This document shows positions 25,133 to 32,905 of a stretch of 55,132 bases of DNA, piece after piece. The stretch is taken from the NCBI GenBank assembly GCA_028871115.1, contig JAGWOD010000004.1, positions 1 through 55,132 of the forward strand. Reading direction: 5' to 3'. This DNA is from Patescibacteria group bacterium (GTDB lineage Bacteria; Patescibacteriota; Minisyncoccia; Phycocordibacterales; SBAW01). Each line of letters starts with the position of its first letter. Position 1 is the stretch's first letter. The notes under the pieces were generated by a model. The model made no database searches, had not been told where the DNA came from, and was given only the letters and a program-made list of their open reading frames with translations. The translations under genes and the position numbers were made by a program.

Positions 25133-25945
25133 TTAGCGTATCTCGTAGGTAATACTCACGTCCGAGGTCACCTCATTCTGTCCTGGCGAAATAGTAGGTG
25201 CGCTCGCCGCGACGTTACCTGCGGAGGCTGCCATCGCGTACATAGGGCCGGGAGGCTGGCCATTGGTTTCGGTGAAGGAAACAATGTGCCCGAGCGAAAC
25301 ACCGAGAGATTGCGCGAGCTCGGCGGCAGATGCCTTCGCCTGGGCGACTGCTTGATCACGCGCCTGTTCATCAACCGTAGTCGGATCAGAGACCGTGAAC
25401 GAAAGGCCGGAGACCTCGGTCGCGCCCTTGGAACCAATTCCAGTGAGAAGATCCCCCGCACTTGATAGAGAGTGCACCTTCACATCATTGGTCTGCTGTA
25501 CTTCATAGCCAATGAGAATTTGTCTTCCCGGCGGGCAATAGAGAGGAGTAGTCCCGGAGGAAACTGGGCAGGCTGCGTTTTGATATTGGTACTGCGGAGA
25601 AATGCTGTAGCCCGTTGTCTGTACATCCTGTGCCGATACTCCTGCGCTCTCAAGATAGCTCGTGACCGCGTTTGCGATAGTGGTCGCATCGCTCTGTGCC
25701 TCTGCTACGGTGGGCTTATCCGATACGACCGAGTAGGTGAATTCCGCAGTGTCGGGAATGGCGTAGGCATGACCTTCGCCTGAAACCGTAACGGTGTTGG
25801 TGGGTGTTACGCCCTGCCCCACATAACTAAAAGAAAGGAGTCCAAGAACAGTTTCAACTGCCAAAAAGGCTACAAGAAGCCATACCGCGACCATAACCGC
25901 AGTGCGAATCTGCTGTCCGGTTCTACCCTCGAAGAGTCCGTTCAT
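25133..25945 (-). CDS. SIMPL (DUF541) domain-containing secreted/membrane-anchored protein
   Basis: N-terminal TM helix, then VTVSGEGHAYAIPDTAEFTYSV...AEAQSDATTIANAVTSYLESAGVSAQDVQTTGYSISP, typical of SIMPL. Confidence 0.8.
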   Translation of the reverse strand: MNGLFEGRTGQQIRTAVMVAVWLLVAFLAVETVLGLLSFSYVGQGVTPTNTVTVSGEGHAYAIPDTAEFTYSVVSDKPTVAEAQSDATTIANAVTSYLESAGVSAQDVQTTGYSISPQYQYQNAACPVSSGTTPLYCPPGRQILIGYEVQQTNDVKVHSLSSAGDLLTGIGSKGATEVSGLSFTVSDPTTVDEQARDQAVAQAKASAAELAQSLGVSLGHIVSFTETNGQPPGPMYAMAASAGNVAASAPTISPGQNEVTSDVSITYEIR

Positions 25946-25972
25946 AGAGTCCGAAAATACTGCTGATAATGT

Positions 25973-26698
25973 TTAATGTTGCTTGGCAAGTACTGACTGT
26001 ACAATAGCACTAACTTCTGCCTCCGGAAGCGCTCCGGAAAAGGGCACCATCGTGCCGTCTTTGCCGACAACAATGGTAAAGGGCGTCCCCTGACCTCCAT
26101 TGGCAACTGCCTCTGCTTCGTCGGTGTTTATCCTGCTGTCGTATTCTTTATTCGCAACACACTGGGCAAAGGTTGTGGGGTTAGCACCAAGTTCCGCTGC
26201 AACTTTGGGGTAGAAATCGGGGCCAAGTTCCGACTGGTTGTTGAAATCGATGTCGACGAATTGCCAGAATGCATTGTTGCCGAGTTCCGCTGCAATGCAC
26301 TCCGCTGCTTCGGCAGCAGGCCGCGCTTGAGGATGAATGGAGTCAAGCGGAAAATTGCGGTAGACCCACGCTACTTGTCCGCTTGAGGACGCTACGATCG
26401 ACTTGAGAGTGGGGTAGATGAGTGAGCAGTATGGACATTCAAAATCAGCATATTCGACGATCACCACCTTCGCATCGGGGGAACCGACGATGTGGTCTTG
26501 CGCGGAGGGCGGGCGTATGGAAATTGAGGTTCCTCCAGCATTTGCCGAGGGAGTATTCACATGGGTGAGAACAATCGCGCCCGCAATGACGACTGAGGCA
26601 AAAACAATAGCGACCGGAAGGGTGAGCTCAAATTTTTTCTTATGCACTGGAGTCTCGGGCATGTGAGGTATGGTAGCGCCAAAGGGATGCGGAGACAA
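25973..26698 (-). CDS. DsbA-family thiol:disulfide oxidoreductase (thioredoxin fold, membrane anchored)
   Basis: N-terminal TM helix and VIVEYADFECPYCSLIYP with a CPYC active site. Confidence 0.85.
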   Translation of the reverse strand: MSPHPFGATIPHMPETPVHKKKFELTLPVAIVFASVVIAGAIVLTHVNTPSANAGGTSISIRPPSAQDHIVGSPDAKVVIVEYADFECPYCSLIYPTLKSIVASSSGQVAWVYRNFPLDSIHPQARPAAEAAECIAAELGNNAFWQFVDIDFNNQSELGPDFYPKVAAELGANPTTFAQCVANKEYDSRINTDEAEAVANGGQGTPFTIVVGKDGTMVPFSGALPEAEVSAIVQSVLAKQH

Positions 26699-26708
26699 TC
26701 AGGATAAG

Positions 26709-27152
26709 CTATTTCGCACTTCGTGCCTTAAGAAGATCCCGTATCTCTTCGAGAAGTCTCTCTTCCGGAGGTTTTTCGTGCTCAGGGGTTTTCTGCTCTT
26801 CCCCACTCTTGAAGAGATGCTCCTTCGCCATAGAAAGAAACTTAAAGACAAGGAAAATAGATCCGGAGACGATAAGGAAGTTGAATATGGTTTCGAAAAA
26901 CGAACCGTAATTGAGGGTAAGCGCAGGGACTGCAACTCCGTTTGATGAGGTGTATGCAGCGCGCATGACGAGCGCCAAGTTCTTAAAATCCACTTGGTTG
27001 GGAGTAAAGAGGCCGATGAGCGGCGTGATAATATCCGCCACCAGAGAATTGACTATGGCACTGAAGGCGTTGCCGACCACGACTGCCACGGCAAGTTGGA
27101 GTGCGTTGCCTCGTATGGCAAATTGGCGAAACTCTTCTACAAGCGCTTTCAT
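26709..27152 (-). CDS. mscL: Large-conductance mechanosensitive channel
   Basis: EFRQFAIRGNALQLAVAVVVGNAFSAIVNSLVADIITPLIG is typical MscL TM1. Confidence 0.95.
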   Translation of the reverse strand: MKALVEEFRQFAIRGNALQLAVAVVVGNAFSAIVNSLVADIITPLIGLFTPNQVDFKNLALVMRAAYTSSNGVAVPALTLNYGSFFETIFNFLIVSGSIFLVFKFLSMAKEHLFKSGEEQKTPEHEKPPEERLLEEIRDLLKARSAK

Positions 27153-27206
27153 AGCTCAGCGAGGAGTATACCATCTCTGAATCCAAACCAGTGATAGAAT
27201 TCTCGC

Positions 27207-28034
27207 ATGCGGGCGCATCACTCCCCTCAGACGACACGGGTGCGACATTCCTCCTACATGCATTACCCGCGCACGGAAAGTGCGCGGGTGTGGGAGTTCT
27301 TCATTCTGCCCGCTCTTATCCTTGCAGCGCTTTCAATATTGCTACGCTTTTCGGGTTTCTTCCCCGCGACCTACACCCAGGTATCATTGAGCGACGTCGG
27401 CATCGCCTCCGCATTTACCGTGGGAAGACTCCTCATCGCGTACATATGTGCTGTGATATGTGCCGTGCCGCTAGCACTTCTTGCTACCCACTCAGCGATT
27501 CTCCAGAGATTTCTTCTTCCCCTCTTCGACCTTCTTCAATCAGTCCCTATTCTTGCCTTCTTTCCGGTCGTCATTGTCCTATTTTTGAATATCGGGTCAG
27601 TCAATAGCGCCGCGATATTCATCCTCTTCCTTTCGATGCTTTGGAATATTGTTTTTGCGCTCATCGGAGGCGTCGGCCTCATCCCGCGCGACATTATTTA
27701 CGCAGCCGAGGTATTCGGTATCCGCGGCGTTTCGTATTTCACCCGCGTTATCATCCCTGCAATTGTGCCGCAAATGGTCGTGGGTTCAATTCTCGCTATG
27801 GCACAAGGATGGAACATTATCATCGTCGCTGAAGTTGTCCGGACGTATCTACCCGCAACATCCCCCATACAGAATCTCTTCGGGCTCGGCAGCATGCTGG
27901 TCTACGCTTCTTCCCATGGGCAAGATGGACTTTTTCTTGCAGCGCTTACCGCCTGTGTTTGCATCATAGCAATCATCAATTTCTTCGTGTGGCAGCGGCT
28001 GCTTAAATATGCACAACGATTCAAATTCGAATAG
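27207..28034 (+). CDS. ABC transporter permease (nitrate/sulfonate/taurine-type family)
   Basis: 275 aa with 6 TM helices and an EAA-like loop (IIYAAEVFGIRGVSYFTRVIIPAIVP). Confidence 0.85.
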   Translation: MRAHHSPQTTRVRHSSYMHYPRTESARVWEFFILPALILAALSILLRFSGFFPATYTQVSLSDVGIASAFTVGRLLIAYICAVICAVPLALLATHSAILQRFLLPLFDLLQSVPILAFFPVVIVLFLNIGSVNSAAIFILFLSMLWNIVFALIGGVGLIPRDIIYAAEVFGIRGVSYFTRVIIPAIVPQMVVGSILAMAQGWNIIIVAEVVRTYLPATSPIQNLFGLGSMLVYASSHGQDGLFLAALTACVCIIAIINFFVWQRLLKYAQRFKFE

Positions 28035-28764
28035 CGAACCCGCAGTTGCCTTCGAGGCAGTCGGGAAAACATACGAACCGCTCGGGACAGTAGCGCTCAG
28101 AAATGCGAGCTTCCGCGTCTCCCGCGGAGAATTCGTCTGCATCATAGGACCCTCCGGCGAGGGAAAATCGACCATTCTCAAGATAATTGCAGGACTCGAG
28201 CACGAAAGCTCGGGGAGCGTGAGACGACCACAGCGTGTCTCAATGGCATTTCAGAGCGGAGCTCTCTTCCCATGGCTCACGGTTGAGGAGAACATCGAGC
28301 TTGGGCTGCGCCCTATGCATTTGCCGAATAAAAAGATGACAGAAATTGTCCGTCAACAGGTAGAGCTACTGGAGCTTGGGGGACTTGAGAAAAAGCGTCC
28401 TCCAGAACTCTCCGGGGGACAAGCACAACGGGTGGGTATCGGTCGAGCGCTTGCGATTGATCCGGATGTGCTGCTTCTTGATGAGCCCTTCTCAGCGCTT
28501 GATCCGAAAACGACTGCAGAGCTCCACGACGATCTCATAAAAATCTGGGAGCACACGCATAAAACTATTATCATGGTCTCCCACAATATCGAAGAAGCGG
28601 TATCGCTTGCCGACCGCGTACTCCTTGTGCGGGAGGGGCAGGTGGAAAGAGAATATCCTGTTGCCCTTCCCTATCCGCGACGCGAACAGGGAGAAGCATT
28701 TCTGCACATCGTACAGGAAATACGCAAAGAATTTTTCAAGGATTCAGAAACTCAGCGCGCTTGA
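28009..28764 (+). CDS. ABC transporter ATP-binding protein
   Basis: Walker A GPSGEGKST, signature LSGGQAQRV, Walker B LLLDEPFSALD and an H-loop. It overlaps the permease gene by 26 nt. Confidence 0.9.
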   Translation: MHNDSNSNSEPAVAFEAVGKTYEPLGTVALRNASFRVSRGEFVCIIGPSGEGKSTILKIIAGLEHESSGSVRRPQRVSMAFQSGALFPWLTVEENIELGLRPMHLPNKKMTEIVRQQVELLELGGLEKKRPPELSGGQAQRVGIGRALAIDPDVLLLDEPFSALDPKTTAELHDDLIKIWEHTHKTIIMVSHNIEEAVSLADRVLLVREGQVEREYPVALPYPRREQGEAFLHIVQEIRKEFFKDSETQRA

Positions 28765-28944
28765 GTACGTCGAGAGGAGCGAATTAACTGCAAACGGCAG
28801 AAACAGAAGTGGCACGACGATGACGACAACACTCACCACAATTGTCCAAAATATATACTTGCGTGTTTTCTCAGCGGATCTATAGGCCGCATCTATTTTC
28901 TGCTCGAGGCGCTCAAGCTCTGCTTTGAGTTCTGGATCAATCAC
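28744..28944 (-). CDS. Small single-pass membrane protein (hypothetical)
   Basis: 66 aa: a charged amphipathic N-terminus (DPELKAELERLEQKIDAAYR), then one TM helix. It overlaps the 3' end of the ABC ATPase gene convergently by 21 nt. Confidence 0.4.
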   Translation of the reverse strand: MIDPELKAELERLEQKIDAAYRSAEKTRKYIFWTIVVSVVVIVVPLLFLPFAVNSLLSTYSSALSF

Positions 28945-29036
28945 TGTGGTACTCTACCACGAGGATAGGGCCATTCCCCCTTGTGCAATAAGGATATACA
29001 CACTCTTTAATTGATTCTTAAGGTTTGGAAGTATAT

Positions 29037-29058
29037 TATTCAACTATATGGTTGAATA
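29037..29058. promoter_or_regulatory. Putative ArsR-type operator: 8-bp inverted repeat spanning the arsR-like start codon
   Basis: TATTCAAC-tatatg-GTTGAATA. The ATG at 29048 lies in the spacer, and a TATATT -10-like box sits at 29032-29037. Confidence 0.45.
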
Positions 29059-29377
29059 TTCAGAGCGGCTCGATCATATCTTCGCTTCCCTTGCGGATCC
29101 GACCCGCAGAGATATTTTGCGGAGAATCTCAAGAAAAGAACTCTCCGTGGGAGAAATAGCAAAGTCCTATGAGCTTACGTTCGCAGCAGTATCGAAGCAT
29201 CTCCAGGTGCTCGAGCGAGCTAAGCTCGTAAAAAAAGAACGCCGAGGACGCGAGCAGGTCGTGCGCGTCTCTTTGCGGGCGCTTGGCGAGGCCGATCGAT
29301 ACCTTGAGCGCTATCGAGTGCTCTGGGAGGAGCGGCTTGATCGCCTGGAGGAATATTTATCTAAAGAAAATAAATAA
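29048..29377 (+). CDS. ArsR/SmtB-family transcriptional regulator
   Basis: LADPTRRDILRRIS...LSVGEIAKSYELTFAAVSKHLQVLERAKLV forms a winged HTH. Confidence 0.9.
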   Translation: MVEYSERLDHIFASLADPTRRDILRRISRKELSVGEIAKSYELTFAAVSKHLQVLERAKLVKKERRGREQVVRVSLRALGEADRYLERYRVLWEERLDRLEEYLSKENK

Positions 29378-29378
29378 T

Positions 29379-29873
29379 ATGGCTACTGAAATAAAAAAAG
29401 GAGGTGCAGCTCGTGAAGTGACTATTACCCGAGTGATGGATGCTCCTATAGAGAAGGTGTGGCGTGCGTGGACAGATCCAAAAGAAATCTCAAAATGGTG
29501 GGGGCCTCGAGGAGTAAGTAACCCGGTCTGCGAGATTGATTTGCGGGTAGGTGGATCGGTCTATATCGTGATGCTTGCTGGCAAGGAACTTGGTCCCCTT
29601 GCAGGAGAGCGCTGGCCAATGCGCGGGACCTTCCGCGAGATCGACTCCCCCCATCGGCTGGTCTTCGCTAATAACGCGGTTGATGAAGCGGGAAACATAC
29701 TTATCGAAGGTGAGACAACTCTTGTTCTGAAGGAGGAGGGTAAAAAGACCAGGCTCACGCTCACTACCCGAGCTCAAGGACGTGCGCCACAAGCCCCACA
29801 GATGCTTGATGGAATGAAAGCAGGATGGACACAAAGCATCGACAAGCTTGAAGAACTTCTGGGAGGTCGATGA
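29379..29873 (+). CDS. SRPBCC/AHSA1 (Aha1-like) domain protein
   Basis: Start at ATG 29379, 2 nt after the arsR stop. ITRVMDAPIEKVWRAWTDPKEISKWWGPRG is typical of AHSA1-family partners of ArsR regulators. Confidence 0.85.
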   Translation: MATEIKKGGAAREVTITRVMDAPIEKVWRAWTDPKEISKWWGPRGVSNPVCEIDLRVGGSVYIVMLAGKELGPLAGERWPMRGTFREIDSPHRLVFANNAVDEAGNILIEGETTLVLKEEGKKTRLTLTTRAQGRAPQAPQMLDGMKAGWTQSIDKLEELLGGR

Positions 29874-29913
29874 AAGAAATTAGTATTGGCATGTATCAAT
29901 ATAAAAATTTTCT

Positions 29914-30261
29914 ATGAAAAAATATTTCGTAGTGTACCGGGTGCCCACCGCATCCATGGATAATTGGATGAAAACTACTGATCCAAAAACCCGAAAAGAA
30001 CAAATGGACAAATTGATGAGCGATATGGCGCAGTGGACCAAGAAGCATAGTGCAAGTCTTACCGAGCAAGGTGCGCCGCTTGGCAAAACCAAGAGTGTAA
30101 CTTCAAACGGCATTACTGATACTCGAAACGACCTCAACTATTACACAATCGTTGAAGCCTCTTCTCACGAAGAAGCGGCGAAGCTTTTTGCGGACAATCC
30201 GCATCTACAGATTCCGACATCATCGATTGATGTCATGGACATACCTCATATGGGTATGTAG
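29914..30261 (+). CDS. Hypothetical 115-aa protein
   Basis: A clean ORF on the same strand after the SRPBCC gene. No family recognised by eye. Confidence 0.55.
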   Translation: MKKYFVVYRVPTASMDNWMKTTDPKTRKEQMDKLMSDMAQWTKKHSASLTEQGAPLGKTKSVTSNGITDTRNDLNYYTIVEASSHEEAAKLFADNPHLQIPTSSIDVMDIPHMGM

Positions 30262-30322
30262 AGAGATTCCCCCTTTGAATCCCAAACACAAAGTAAGAGC
30301 GGAGAAAAAACTAAGCTTGATT

Positions 30323-31123
30323 TTAGTTTTTCAGAGTTGAGCGATCAACGTCTATTCGCGTCAGTGCAAGATACCAAACGAAACCGACCAAAAGAATAGT
30401 AAGTATGAGGCTTACTATGCCGTCGCCCCAGCCAAGGCCTCCAACGGCCCGCGACTTACCAAACCAGTCGGCAAAGGAAGCGCCCAAGGGGCGTGTGAGG
30501 ATATAAGTGAACCAGAATGTGAGCACACTGTTGCGTGCTTGGTGCTGATGATGCTCCGAGAGCCATCCTTTGACTGCGTAATGTAGGATGGCGACGAGTG
30601 CGATGAGCGCAGCAAACAGGAGCCCTGAAGAAAGAAAGCCGAGATTAAGAGTGAACGCGGTCATGTCGCCTGCCGCGGTACCAAGCGCAAAGGTTGCCAT
30701 GACTGTGAGCCAATAAAACATCTCACGCCGCGGGGTCGTGATGCTGTGGATAGAAAGGGTCCTCTCAAGCGAGTACCAGAGGATAAAAATAATGACAAGC
30801 ACAATGGCGAAAAAGATGGTCGTGTAGAGATAGGGTATGCCAATGACGATATGTAAAATATCTGCACCCATGGTGCCGAAGACCGCAACCATAGTGACGG
30901 CAAGCCAATAGATCCATGCATTGTACCTCTGGCACCTAAATTGCAGCAGAAGTGCCAGCGCGAATGCAAGTGCTCCAATACCTACCGCGACGTAGGGGTT
31001 GATGGAGTATACGAGGAAATCCGACGTGCTCTCACCAAGAGCGGTCGTAATCACTTTCACTATCCAAAAGAAGACAGTGATCTGTGGAACTTTTCGCAAT
31101 GCGTATACCATGAGCCAGCGCAA
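30323..31123 (-). CDS. Multi-pass membrane protein (COG4705-like, tentative)
   Basis: 266 aa. VPQITVFFWIVKVITTALGESTSDFL is repeated as a second half (MFYWLTVMATFALGTAAGDM), suggesting an internal duplication. Confidence 0.65.
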   Translation of the reverse strand: MRWLMVYALRKVPQITVFFWIVKVITTALGESTSDFLVYSINPYVAVGIGALAFALALLLQFRCQRYNAWIYWLAVTMVAVFGTMGADILHIVIGIPYLYTTIFFAIVLVIIFILWYSLERTLSIHSITTPRREMFYWLTVMATFALGTAAGDMTAFTLNLGFLSSGLLFAALIALVAILHYAVKGWLSEHHQHQARNSVLTFWFTYILTRPLGASFADWFGKSRAVGGLGWGDGIVSLILTILLVGFVWYLALTRIDVDRSTLKN

Positions 31124-31127
31124 ACAA

Positions 31128-31802
31128 TTAAAAAATCCAAGGTATCAGATGAAAACGCACTTTATTACAGTACTCCTTGTAGCCGGGCAGGTTTTGCCTG
31201 AGGAACTTTTCTTCGTCAAAAAGTCGAATGACAAACCCGAGGGTTATGAGAGCGGCGGGTATGAGTCCCCACCAGGAACTGAGTGCCAAGGATATTCCAA
31301 CAAAGTACACCGAGGCGCTTGAATACATTGGATTGCGTACGATCGCATAGGGACCGGTGGAAATCACCTTTTGATCCTTCTGGAGTTCAACTGTCGCGGA
31401 ACCAAACGAGTTTTCTTTGAAGACCCTGTACACCATCCACATGCTTAGAAGTATCAACAGGTCGCCGACGACGATAATGGAGAGCGGTACGTTCGACCAG
31501 TCGAAGCGATGATCGAGTCCGGGAACAATAAAAACCGCGATCCACGCAGGCATCAAAGCAAACACGATGATTTTTTGGATGAGTCGCCCCTCGGGCGCAT
31601 ATCCTGCCTTGGACCTTCCCTCAAGCAATACCGGGTCTTTGGTTATATACAGCGCGAGAGGAATGCTCGTCACAAAGCCAACTGCGAGATAGACCCAGGC
31701 TTGCCAATAATTCAATGTTCCGGCTGAAAGAAGGAGTAGGAACACAATGATGAGAAAGCCGAAGAGAAAGCTGGACCACAATTTTGCCTTTGGATTCTTC
31801 AT
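31128..31802 (-). CDS. Isoprenylcysteine carboxyl methyltransferase (ICMT)/phospholipid methyltransferase-family membrane protein
   Basis: GPYAIVRNPMYSSASVYFVGISL...EEKFLRQNLPGYKEYCNKVRF, typical of the family's C-terminus. Confidence 0.8.
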   Translation of the reverse strand: MKNPKAKLWSSFLFGFLIIVFLLLLSAGTLNYWQAWVYLAVGFVTSIPLALYITKDPVLLEGRSKAGYAPEGRLIQKIIVFALMPAWIAVFIVPGLDHRFDWSNVPLSIIVVGDLLILLSMWMVYRVFKENSFGSATVELQKDQKVISTGPYAIVRNPMYSSASVYFVGISLALSSWWGLIPAALITLGFVIRLFDEEKFLRQNLPGYKEYCNKVRFHLIPWIF

Positions 31803-31859
31803 ATAATACTGAAAACTCTGGGCCGAGGGGGTGCGGCTAATCGAACCGGCGATCGTCCG

Positions 31860-32015
31860 TTATTTCTTCCTTCGCGCAACATCAATTGCAACGCCAATTG
31901 CAACGCCAATTGCGATACCGACTCCAACATTATGCATTCCCACACCCAGCGCAACGCCAATGGCGATGCCAAGAGCAATCCCAGAACCGGGCGGGAACTT
32001 TTTCATCAACATCAT
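31860..32015 (-). CDS. 51-aa glycine-zipper membrane mini-protein (below the ORF-track cutoff)
   Basis: MMLMKKFPPGSGIALGIAIGVALGVGMHNVGVGIAIGVAIGVAIDVARRKK. Part of it is encoded by three 12-nt tandem units (31881-31916). Confidence 0.45.
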   Translation of the reverse strand: MMLMKKFPPGSGIALGIAIGVALGVGMHNVGVGIAIGVAIGVAIDVARRKK

Positions 32016-32042
32016 TGTAGCAAACTAGACTCAAAAATTTTG

Positions 32043-32115
32043 GGCGACCGCCGGGAATTGAACCCGGATCAGCAGGACCACAATCTGCGGTGTTAACCGT
32101 TACACCACGGTCGCC
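32043..32115 (-). tRNA. tRNA-His (anticodon GTG) with a genomically encoded G-1
   Basis: Cloverleaf by eye: G-1, acceptor GCGACCG/CGGTCGC, D-stem GTGT/ACAC, anticodon loop TTGTGGT, T-arm CCGGG-TTCAATT-CCCGG, C73. No encoded CCA. Confidence 0.9.
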
Positions 32116-32224
32116 ATGAACACCACTATATACCACTTCCCCGCTAGGGATGGAAGAAAAAGGCTACCCCCATGTCCGAAAACAACGAAAGGCCCGGGGA
32201 AAGTATTTCCAAAGTATTTTTCTG

Positions 32225-32306
32225 TGCCCAGGAGAGGACTCGAACCTCCAAGCCTTGCGGCATATGCACCTCAAGCATACGCGTATACCAATTCCGCCAC
32301 CTGGGC
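32225..32306 (-). tRNA. tRNA-Leu (anticodon GAG), long variable arm
   Basis: Acceptor GCCCAGG/CCTGGGC, anticodon stem-loop TATGC-TTGAGGT-GCATA, long variable arm, T-loop TTCGAGT. No encoded CCA. Confidence 0.9.
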
Positions 32307-32334
32307 ATTTCTGCGAACCTCTACAACTTACAAT

Positions 32335-32365
32335 AAAAAAGGAGGCCCGCAAAGCGCAGGCCTCC
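32335..32365 (-). terminator. Intrinsic terminator after rplS
   Basis: Minus strand GGAGGCC-tgcgctttgcg-GGCCTCC followed by TTTTTT. Confidence 0.7.
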
Positions 32366-32389
32366 AGAAAATTTCTTTATCAGCACTTA

Positions 32390-32869
32390 CTAAACCGAGG
32401 CCGCTTCGGTAGTTTCAGAAGGAGTGGTGACCTCTTCAGAGACTGGGGTTGCCTCAGGTGAGACAAAGCGCGTGCGGCGCATAGCGCGCTTCACATCGCG
32501 AGCCGCCTTGCGACGAATGAAGTAGAGCTTTGCTCGACGCATTTGTGCGCGCTTCAGGACTTCAATTTTGTCGATCATTGGCGAGTAGAGAGGGAACGTT
32601 TTCTCAACTCCTACCCCGCTCGTGACACGGCGCACCGTGAAGGTCGCCCCCGACTCACTGCCATGTTTTACGGCAAGCACCAATCCCTCAAACGCCTGTC
32701 GGCGGACGCTTTTAGTCGTCACCTCTTTCTTATTGGCCTGTTTCTGCTGTTTGACCTCCTCTATTTTCTGCCAGACACGCACGGTATCACCCGCGCGAAG
32801 CCCGAGCGTTGTGCGCTCGTTCATATTTACAGAAGAAATCTTGATACCGCTTTTCTGGCTCATCTGCAT
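32390..32869 (-). CDS. rplS: 50S ribosomal protein L19 (with an internal insertion and a C-terminal tail)
   Basis: GDTVRVWQKI...RRQAFEGLVLAVKHGSESGATFTVRRVTSGVGVEKTFPLYSPMIDKIEVLKRAQMRRAKLYFIR. Start taken at Met13/Met15 of the track ORF so that it does not overlap the upstream rluA-family gene. Confidence 0.9.
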   Translation of the reverse strand: MQMSQKSGIKISSVNMNERTTLGLRAGDTVRVWQKIEEVKQQKQANKKEVTTKSVRRQAFEGLVLAVKHGSESGATFTVRRVTSGVGVEKTFPLYSPMIDKIEVLKRAQMRRAKLYFIRRKAARDVKRAMRRTRFVSPEATPVSEEVTTPSETTEAASV

Positions 32870-32905
32870 TTGGGCGAGTGTAGCACAGGGACACCTCCCC
32901 CGCAA

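Noticed and set aside
31831-32028. 65-aa plus-strand ORF with ATPIATPIA repeats.
   Set aside because: It is a low-complexity mirror image of the minus-strand glycine-zipper ORF, has no start context and runs toward the tRNA-His 3' end.
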